Below, piece by piece: positions 10,196 through 21,000 of a stretch of DNA of 25,066 bases. The stretch covers positions 1-25,066 of the forward strand of contig CBFFRP010000629.1 of assembly GCA_965644295.1 (NCBI GenBank), given 5' to 3'. Position numbers and translations under genes: made by a program. Source of the DNA: Paraphysomonas bandaiensis (taxonomy: Eukaryota > Protista > Chrysophyceae). Under the pieces are notes generated by a model. It saw only the letters and a list, made by a program, of their open reading frames with translations, was not told the origin of the DNA and made no database searches. Every line of letters starts with the position of its first letter. The first letter of the stretch is position 1.

Positions 10196-11204
10196 TGAAA
10201 AACACACTGGCCCTCCGACTACAACTCCGACGAGATCAAAGAGCTTAATGAGAGGCGAATCTCCCTAGAGCAAAACTTAACCCTATCTTCACCCTCTAGA
10301 AAGCGCAGCAGACCTCCACCACCCGATAACACCGGTAAGCGATATCGAGTACGTAATCCACGTCCCGTGCCAGAATCGTCCGTAGTCGTGCGTACGAGGG
10401 CTAATCCCAGTGGTCTGCAGTCTGCTTCTTATTTCTCATATCATATTTTAAGCTCAGGTAGAACTGGTTACAAATACCTCAAAACACAGTATTTAATTGC
10501 TTACAGACAAGAAAAACTCAACAAAGACCAAATAGCATAAATTTAAGTGATGGTGTTTTATATTAACTATATGTAACAATGCTCCCACTGCCCACATGCT
10601 TAAATTACAATACGGATAGTAATTAATATATTATTATATGGTATGTTGTATATATAGCTATTGGGTATGTATATACAGTTATATTAGGTGTATATGTAGG
10701 GTATGTATAGTTATATATTCTATGGTAGGTGAATATCTAGATATATAGGGCATGCACGGGTTTGTGTATAGTTATAGAGTACAGTACGTTCACCAACAAC
10801 TTGATATTGATTTCACGATACCTATAATATAAAATTATAGAATAGGAAGAAGACCACAAGTGATACTGCTAAGGAGTTGACTAAGACGTCAAGTACTTCA
10901 ACTTCCAGCTCGAAGACAAATGAAACCGCTAGTAGGAAAAGGTAAATTTCTTAGTGCTAGAATGTCAGTTCGAATAGAGAAAAACGCGACTGTAAGCCCC
11001 TCGTCCTCTTTTTTATACAAATTCTTAATTAAATACCTAGTGATGAGTGATGACAACATGTACGACATGTACTATCGAAAAACGGTTAAACTAATATGTT
11101 TTCATGCCATTCCAACAATACTCAACCCAGAAGCTGATCCAGGTAACACGGTTCATACGGTGCGCATATGCCCAGAATGAGAGTAAAGATACAAGTCTCC
11201 ACGC

Positions 11205-14200
11205 TTAACGACCAAGCACCTCATTAACTTGAGCCACATAATCTGGCCCTCCTAGCGGGTAGTATAGGCTATTGTTCTTGATGAAAGCATCTATTCCAGG
11301 TAATGATATAACCAGATACTGAAGTTCCACCAAATGTATAAAAGTATTCACGATATCTGCTCCAAACTATGGTGAAGTTATAATGTTAAGCAACACATCG
11401 GAAGTAATGCTCAGCTCATACCTCTTCAATGAACCACGTTGTCACATGCGCCACTAGGATATCTGCACAGCTGAGCGTAGAGCCAACAAGCACTTTCCCT
11501 CCGTTATTCTTAAGAATTAAATCAAGTCGAGAACCAAACTTAGACCATTTGACTTTGGCAAGACGGCTGTGTGCTAATTACCAATCCATGAGAGTTCACA
11601 ATAATACGCGTTGTAGACACACACCTTCCCAATCTGACTCTGACTTAGCTTTGATAAATGGAGCAGCCAGCACAAATGGTAAGATATCATGCACTGCCTC
11701 ACAGATCTGAAAAGAAATGTCATTCAGATAACTAAAAATTATCACTTGTGTAATACAATATCCCCCCAACCTCAATTACAAGTGAGAAGTGATATGGTTA
11801 AAACGTATCAAGAATGAATGCATTGATAGAATACGTACCATATCAATTTGGACTTCTTCTACGCTGTTTGTCCCATTCATATTCGCCCGACGGGCTAGAT
11901 ATCTACACACAAGGTAAATAACTCCGCAAGGAATACACATGTACACATTAGTATGACATAATGCGTGTGATTCCTATGGAAGTTATGATATTTACCTAAT
12001 AATAGCCTGAGTCTGTGCTAGGTCCTGCCCATCTATTTGTAGCTGCATACAAAATATCAGTACTGTGTAACACAATGGCTACATATAAGTGCGGATAAAA
12101 TAACTCACCACACTATATCGTATCATACACACAGAATACACTAGCAGACAAGATAATAACGAGGCAGTAAGAATACAAAGACAACTATAACTATCATATA
12201 CTATACATACACACACCCTCTACACACATACATGCTCTCTAACTATACCTACATCTACTATACATACACACACCCTCTACACACACATACGCTGTACATA
12301 CAGGCTCTCTACATACACACATACACCCTCTCACTATACATACATCTATTGTACATACAGGCCCTCTACACACCCTCTCTACACATGTCCTACACATATA
12401 CACACATACAGACCCGCTACACACATCCTTCTGTATACATACATACAGGCCCTCTACACACACACATACAGGCCCTCTATACACACCCCTATGTATACAT
12501 ACAAACAGGCCCTCTACACATATATACAGGCCATCTACACACATCCCTCTGTATACATACATACAGGCCCTCTACACATATACAAACAGGCCCTCTACAC
12601 ATATATACAGGCCATCTACACACATCCCTCTGTATACACACATACAGGCCCTCTACACATATACAAACAGGCCCTCTACACATATATACAGGCCATCTAC
12701 ACATACATACGGGCCCTCTACACACACACCCCTCTGTATACACACATACAGGCCATCTACACACACCCCTATGTATACATACATACAGGCCCTCTACACA
12801 TATACAAACAGGCCCTCTACACATATATACAGGCCATCTACACACATCCCTCTGTATACATACATACAGGCCCTCTACACATATACAAACAGGCCATCTA
12901 CACACATCCCTATGTATACATACATACAGGCCCTCTACACATATACAAACAGGCCCTCTACACATATATACAGGCCATCTACACACATCCCTCTGTATAC
13001 ATACATACAGGCCCTCTACACATATACAAACAGGCCCTCTACACATATATACAGGCCATCTACACACACACATACAGGCCCTCTACACACATCCCTCTGT
13101 ATACACACATACAGGCCCTCTACACATATACAGGCCTCTACACACACACATACAGGCCCTCTACACACACATACAGGCCCTCTACACACATCCCTCTGTA
13201 TACATACATACAGGCCCTCTACACATATACAAACAGGCCCTCTACACATATATACAGGCCATCTACACACATCCCTCTGTATACATACATACAGGCCCTC
13301 TACACATATACAAACAGGCCCTCTACACATATATACAGGCCATCTACACATACATACGGGCCCTCTACACACACACCCCTCTGTATACACACATACAGGC
13401 CCTCTACACATATACAGGCCCTCTACACACACACATACAGGCCCTCTACACATATACAGGCCCTCTACACACACACCTCTGTATACATACATACAGGCCC
13501 TCTACACATATACAAACAGGCCCTCTACACATATATACAGGCCATCTACACATACATACGGGCCCTCTACACACACACCCCTCTGTATACACACATACAG
13601 GCCCTCTACACATATACAGGCCCTCTACACACACACATACAGGCCCTCTACACATATACAGGCCCTCTACACACACACCTCTGTATACATACATACAGGC
13701 CCTCTACACATATACAAACAGGCCCTCTACACATATATACAGGCCATCTACACATACATACGGGCCCTCTACACACACACCCCTCTGTATACACACATAC
13801 AGGCCCTCTACACATATACAGGCCCTCTACACACACACATACAGGCCCTCTACACACACATACAGGCCCTCTACACACACACCTCTGTATACATACATAC
13901 AGGCCCTCTACACATATACAGGCCCTCTACACACACATACAGGCCCTCTACACACACATACAGGCCCTCTACACACACACCTCTGTATACATACATACAG
14001 GCCCTCTACACATATACAAACAGGCCCTCTACACATATATACAGGCCATCTACACATACATACGGGCCCTCTACACACACACCCCTCTGTATACACACAT
14101 ATACAAACAGGCCCTCTACACATATATACAGGCCATCTACACATACACATACAGGCCCTCTACACACACATACAGGCCCTCTACACACATCCCTCTGTAT

Positions 14201-14979
14201 ACATACATACAGGCCCTCTACACATATACAGGCCCTCTACACACACATACAGGCCCTCTACACACACATACAGGCCCTCTACACACACATACAGGCCCTC
14301 TACACACACATACAGGCCCTCTACACACACACCCCTCTACACATACATACAGGCCCTCTACACACACACCTCTGTATACATACATACAGGCCCTCTACAC
14401 ATATACAGGCCCTCTACACACACATACAGGCCCTCTACACACACACCTCTGTATACATACATACAGGCCCTCTACACACATATACAGGCCCTCTACACAC
14501 ACCCCTCTGTATACATACATACCATGGGAAGTTGTCGAAACGGCAATTGATTCTCTGATAACCTTACAAATCTCTCTCTGTCACTGATAACTCGTTGTTG
14601 AAAACTCACTCCTGTTGCTGCCATCATCCATCTAATCTATAAACAATATTATGATCTATATGATCTATAACACACTGATTTTAAGGGATATTTCATATGA
14701 AACATCAAATATTAGAATATTTTTAATCTAATATATATATAAAACTATATAAACATATGAAAAATAGGGATATTTTATATATAAATATGGATAATTTCTA
14801 TTAAAAAAATATAATGAAGTGAAAGTAAAAGTGAAGTCATGAGTATGTGAATTTATAAGTACCTGATCTGCACGTCCTCTTCCGCCAAAATAATACAGAG
14901 TTGCATCCACTTCTTCACTTGGTTTTTCTTTAAATGCATTTCCATTACCATTTATTGAAGTAGAAGTAGAATTTCCCAT
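11205..14979 (-). CDS. Cytosolic glutathione S-transferase (Tyr-type, alpha/sigma-like), 7 exons, 245 aa, with N-myristoylation-like N-terminus
   Basis: Exons: 14979-14863, 14636-14523, 12042-11996, 11902-11839, 11706-11625, 11573-11422, 11366-11205. All introns are GT-AG, phases are consistent, and the total is 738 nt. Motifs: LYYFGGRGRADQIRWMM, LPFRQLPMLQIDGQDLAQTQAIIRYLARR, LVGSTLSCADI, LPGIDAFIK. Confidence 0.93.
12200..14521. repeat. Complex minisatellite in GST intron 2 (core ACAGGCCCTCTACAC + variable CA/TA tracts)
   Basis: About 18-26 bp units with variant cores GGCCATCTACAC and CCTCTGTATAC. A 202-bp higher-order period is visible (e.g. 13492 vs 13694). Confidence 0.97.
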
Positions 14980-17639
14980 GATGAATTAATTGGGGTAGTG
15001 TAAGTGATAAGTAGATTTGATTAATATATTCAAGTAAGCAATTGCAGATGTATATGATGCATGTGTATGTGCATGTATGTATGTGTGTGTATAGACAAAG
15101 ATTGCAATTGGAGTATAACAGTATTAGATAATACGCTTCATAATACAATGTATTCCTCATCTCTGAATTTTAGTACTCTATCATCATAATACATCCTACC
15201 ACACAAGTCCAGAAAAATGAATTCTGTTTTTTTGTATGGGAGTGTGTGTAGGAGGGGGTTGAAGTGGAGATATTCTGGTCTGCAGAATTCAGCGTTTATG
15301 TACGTGATTCAGCGTTAATGTACGTCCCTCTTAATGACCATATCGAGCGTATGGCTGCATAAAAGTACTTATATATATATATATTCTTGTAGAGGACTCT
15401 TATTACTACTACGTGCCTTACTGACAATATCTACCGTGTGTAATCAGATCAGTATTCCCAGTGAATAAGCGAACGTCATGAAATAACAAATATGTTCCAG
15501 TGGCCACCATAAGGCGCGATGACAACACCTAAGAACTGTTTAAGTCTCGATATTAGGCAGTCTAATATCCCCTACATCTCATTGGGTGGCTTCATACTCC
15601 ACTACGTTTGCCACAAAGGTGTCTGGTATTACACTTACCAGGGTCAGTCAGAGCAGTGTAAATTGATTGATGATAATTAGAATTGTTGTAGTTTCATAGA
15701 GATATGCACAAACAGGTGATGGGGGAGTGCTTAATGCCTGTCAGTTGTTGTTTTTGCGATCCGAGCCAGGAAATGCATTGACTGTGGCCAAACATTACTG
15801 CCTTCGAATTGATTGGCAATCGAAGCAAGCCTTTGTAATGCTACAGTTGAGAGACGTGCTGATGCGTATGCCGAACGGCAATGTCAGTGATACCGTCAAA
15901 TTATTTTTTAATGTTTGCATGTGTTGAAACGTTAAATATCGGGATGTACCAAAACCTTCATAAGATCAATTAGAAGCATATCGAGAGGACAAAACAAGAG
16001 TTATTATTGATAGTGATCCAAGTCAAGAACTATCCAGTATCAAGAATTATAGTCCAAAGCTTCATGGAATGTACAACTTGTGAAAGGTTTAAACTTGGCA
16101 CAAAGGTGTACATGAATTTCTAAATGAGAAAGCAAAGAAATTAATTTCGATTAGTTTGGATATATATATTTTTAGTAAGCCAATCTTGCCTATGATTATT
16201 ATTTTCGTAATTAAGTGTTTGAATCATCGCTTGGGGGTGTTGAAGTGCTGTCCGAGATAGTTTCCGGTAGTTTTAATATTTATAGATTTTGTAGTGCGTA
16301 TGTATTGTGTTATATCCACACATTAAACTACAACCAACTCCATATTGGGGTAATAATATAATAAAAGCATACCGGGGTACTGGGGGGAGGTTGTAAGGCA
16401 GTGAGGTAGCATACATGGGTGCCTTGGCTAGTGGCTATACCTAGGCAGTACGGAGAATTAGGAGAGAGAAGTGCATAATATTCAATTGTTATAAAACATA
16501 TATATATATATATATAATTTCAAGATTATGAAAGCATTATAGACATAGCATAGAGTGTACATTAATGCTTTGGTTTCCTCTGGGGGTGATATGGGGCCTG
16601 ATGGGGTGGTGCATGTAAGTGCTTGTGACTGGGGTATAATGTATAATTAGTAGTTGGTGGGATAAGAGTTTCCATATGTGTCAACATGTGTATAAAACCA
16701 AAATATAGCTAAAAATGCAATGTTCATATTGTATACAATGTACTTGTCATTTTTTTCATCATCTGGAGGTCACCTAACAGCCTCTGGTGGTTGACATATT
16801 GAGGAGAACTATATCTGTATTGGAATAGTAAATTACAAGCTTATTATTATCATTTCTTGGGTTATCTGCTGTCAACGTATATATACTTATGATTTATATG
16901 TTTTTACGGTGTCTATGAAGGTGTACTCGGCTCAAGGGCTCACTGTGATTAATTCTGGCGATATGCATATTAAGGGTGTGAGCGTGTGTCAATGTGTTTC
17001 AACTCTGTACACATTTTCATGCTCTCACTATAGAAAAGATAAAAGTTATACGCTCTATGAGTATAAATATATATAGACTCCGTATATTTAAGTCAACTTT
17101 TGGCCTTCTACTGCTCTTCTTCTTCATACTTACCAGATCGCCTGCTTGCTCAATAAGATGCTTAATAACGACTGTAATGACCCACTTAATGATGCCATGA
17201 ATAAACCTCGTCTTATCTTTCCTTTAAAGGGTTGTGACATTGCTGTCTTATGTCGATATTGTCTTGTATTTGTTGCTATCTTTTAATGTGTCTATCACGT
17301 CTTTTATCTCTTCCACAGATAGAGCTCCATTATTGGGGTAAACCGTATGCAATAAATTACCTTTTTTACATCTACCCTTTTCTCAATAGAATGCTGTATT
17401 TTTAGGGTAAAAATAGTAAAAATAGTAAAAAGGGAGAAAAAAATAAATTGCCGCTATCCTTTAACTGAGGTGTGATGAATAGTGAGTGGTGATGATGAGT
17501 GAGAACTTTTCTCGTTTTTCTGGACTTGTCTGGTAGGAATACATCGTATAGCAATAATACTGTATGTATATCTTTATATACGTAGGATTATGGTGGAATA
17601 GTGAGTGGTGATGATGAGTGACAATATTCATGCCGGTAG

Positions 17640-17995
17640 CGTAGAGCTAAATGATGATTCGGTATAGAAGTCTTCGAGTGATGGAAATGAAAGTCAACGT
17701 GCACATTCGTTTTTGTTACAGTGATTATGTTTTCAGTTATTGTACATGTGTGACTCTGTAGGATACGAGTGAGAGTGTACAGTAGAACATGATCAGCTGT
17801 AGTATTATTGTGTTGTAGGGAGACACCATAATTTTCTATCACTAACGATTTCTGTAGTATTTGCAAAGAGACTTGTCTTTTGCCTACCTGTAGTGTAGTT
17901 TGAACGGAGGACAACGGGCGCACTGGATCCGTGAGTGTTTGATTGATCTGTAGTATCAGTGTTGTATTTTCGATCCAAGTACGTATTTCTCTACG
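17640..17995 (+). repeat. 5' LTR (CGTAGAG...CTCTACG)
   Basis: Direct repeat of 22382-22737 with no differences seen by eye; 7-bp terminal inverted repeat. Confidence 0.96.
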
Positions 17996-18010
17996 TGATA
18001 GAAAATTATG
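17995..18010 (+). promoter_or_regulatory. Putative self-priming primer-binding site
   Basis: GTGATAGAAAATTATG is the exact reverse complement of CATAATTTTCTATCAC at 17827-17842 within the LTR. There is no TGG-type tRNA PBS. Confidence 0.75.
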
Positions 18011-21000
18011 AAGAAGTCGAGCAACGAGAAGCTCAAGAAGTTTAGGAACAAGGCGTTGGACCAGCGGTCCAGGGGCCAAGGGGCAGAGGCATTGACCCCA
18101 ACGGTGCCGATTCTGAAGTATGGGACGAACACCAACCTGGCGGTATTTAAGCAGAAGCTCACAGTGGCCGCCATGATGCTATTTGGTGACCTAGCGAGGC
18201 TCGTGGAGACCGATGAGTATTATGAACCACCCAAGATAAAGATTGAGGACTACGATCTTGATAATGACCCCCACGGTCTGAACCTGGAAGAACTTAAGGA
18301 TGCGAGAAAGACACGCCAAAGGAAGATTGACCAAATGCGTGACAACCGATCAGCTTTCTATGCGTTCATGTATGACAGACTGAGCAACGAGTCCGTGGAC
18401 GCGATTAAGCAATTGGAGGAATACGAAGAGATTAACTCCTCCAAGGACCCTCTACTGTTGTGGCTTGCTATCAAGCAGACTCACAAAACAGCGACGAACT
18501 CCAATGTAGGGACCATCATGCGTGCAGAGACGAGAAAGAAGTACCAAGACGTGCGTCAGGGTCCATTTGAGAGTATAGTGGCCTATAAGGAGCGTTTCGA
18601 TTTTCTTTTGGAAGCGTACAATGATATGGAGAATCCGAAGATGGAAGAAGAAGATATTGCTATGGACTTCTTCAGGGGTCTGGACGACACCAGATATGAG
18701 GAGTTTAAGACCAGTTTTATGAATGACTTAATGATGGGTACACAGAAGCCACCCAAGCACGTGAACGAGATCTACACTAAAGCTTCGAAGTATATCACCC
18801 CGAAGAGAGGAGCGAAACCTAATGGTGGTGTTGCGTTTGTGAGCAGGAAGGACACCTCGACTAAACAACAGCGTCGCACAGGTGATGCTGATGACAAGAC
18901 GAAGTCGAATGGGACCGACGAGTCGAAAGGAAGCGTGCGAAAGCATAGAGGCCCTATTGTATGTTGGGGTTGTGGAAAGACTGGACACAAGCTAAACCAG
19001 TGTCAAGAGAACGTCGAACCAGAGGAGAAACAATGCTCAGTGACTATGCAGAATGCGTTCACATCGGGAGGAGAGCGTTTCGAATGGTACGAAGTTCTAC
19101 TAGACAATCAGGCGGATGTGTCCGTTGTGCACCCGTGGCTACTGACAGATGTGAGACCTGCCGATCGTAAGTGTAAAGTAGCTGGCTTGTCTGGTCACGC
19201 AGTAGAACTACCCAATGTGGGAGAGCTGCCACAATTCTTCACATGTAAAACCGCCGACAACCTACGAGTCAGTGTGTTGTGCCAAGCTGATGTGGAAGAT
19301 CTGTACCCTATTGTGTACGAGCCAGGAGTGTCATACACGGTGTGTCTACCTAATAGAGAGCTAGTGTTCTACAGACGGAACAAAATGTATATAGCTGATA
19401 TGAGGGATTGGGTGACACAAGGCAGGGTAAATATTACGACAACAAGAATGAAAGAACAAGAATACACTAAAAGCGAAGTGGTGAGAGCTCGGAGGGCGCT
19501 GGAACTTGTACGGAACGCGGGTTTCGACTCAGAGCAGGGAGCCATGAACCTTGTGAGCGACGGAAATGTAACAGACGTGCCGTTGACGGCGCAAGACGTG
19601 AGGCGAGCTTTCGACATATACGGGAAGCCTTATGAAGCGGTTAGGGGGAAGACCACTAAACGTAAGAGCGGTAGGCAGTACATGGACGTGGGGATCAAAG
19701 CAGATCAGGCCAAGCCGCAACGTTTGTATACCGATATATTCAGTGTGAGAAAACAACCGTTCCTGATAACACTGTCCGAGCCACTGGGGTTGACTCTTGT
19801 ATCTCCGGTAGCTAGTGAGAGGACTGATGATCTAGGTCTAGCTTTTCAGGAGCAAGTATCTCTACTAAGAAGTCATGGTTTCGCACCAACTGTAGCCTAT
19901 CTGGATCCGCAGCCTGGTTTCCAACCCCTCAGAGGACAGATTACAGGGGTGGAAGTGGATGTGTGTGGAGCAGGGGATCACATGGACAAGGTAGATCACA
20001 AGATCCGGAGACTGAAAGAGACTATTAGATCTGTGCAGGCAGGATTACCCTGGTCACTGCCTGATAACATGGTCAGAGATCTGGTGAAGTACTCAAACAG
20101 TCGCCTAAATATCAGAAGGCCGTCTACAGGCACATCCATAGTAGCGCCACGAGTAGCGTTCACTGGGAGGAAGCCTAACTACCGAAAGGAACTAGAGCTA
20201 GCATTTGGTGACTACGTGGAGTGCTACAACCCAAAGGTGCGAAGCAACGATGCCGAGCAAAATCGCACTGAGCCGTGTATTGCATTGTACCCTACTGGAA
20301 ATGCCAACGGTAGCTGGCTTTTCATGAATGTGAAGACACACAAGCGAGTGAGAAGGACACACTGGGTGAAAATGAAGACAACACAGCTCATAATTGATGC
20401 GATGAATCAGATGGCGAAGATGGGTGATACGACTAGGAAGAGTCAGATTCCGAACCCACTCCTACAGTCGATAGAAGCAGAAGAGCAGCAGAAAGGCGAA
20501 GACATGAAGGAGAGTACGCCAGAGGACGTTAAACAGACTCCAGTTGCAGAAACAATAGTGGAAGATGTATCTACTACTGTGGTTGATGTAGAGCATAGTG
20601 GAGACCCACTAGGAGATGACGGTGATAATGAAGGTGAAGTGCCAGAACTTGTTGATGAGGAGCTGGATGACGATGTCCCAACTATAAAGTCCGGCAGCAG
20701 CATTACAAGCAGTGACGAGACAGGCGTTGAGAACGACAGGTCGCCGGATGCGAAGTCGAAACCAGTAGAGTACAGGGCCTTTCACACGAGCGCGATGAAG
20801 GGACTGCGTGAGTATGGTCCACCGGCATATAACGCTATCATATCGGAACTGAAACAACTTTTGCATGACAAGAAGGCTATGCGTCCAGTACACCGCAAAG
20901 ACTTATCGGCAACACAGTTGAAGAGAGCTATTCGATCTCTGATGTTTCTCAAGACTAAGTATGATGGCTTAGGGCGCTTCGAAAAGATAAAAGCAAGACT

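Noticed and set aside
10841-11180. Possible plus-strand exons / 86-aa ORF downstream of GST
   Set aside because: An AG...GT-bounded Ser/Thr-rich segment exists (10841-10941), but no coherent gene model or motif could be built.
12200-14521. CRISPR-like array (constant core plus variable spacer)
   Set aside because: The spacers are short, low-complexity and repeated, the context is a eukaryotic intron, and there are no cas genes.
12232-14587. Long ORFs of 595-772 aa in all three plus frames
   Set aside because: They are artefacts of a stop-free minisatellite lying in GST intron 2 on the opposite strand.
14728-14862. C-terminal half of the 83-aa ORF 14728-14979
   Set aside because: It is read-through into GST intron 1 past the GT donor at 14862.
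15700-17360. Coding-like fragments (15716-16140 plus; 17080-17360 minus)
   Set aside because: They contain multiple stops and no recognisable family, so they cannot be supported without a search.
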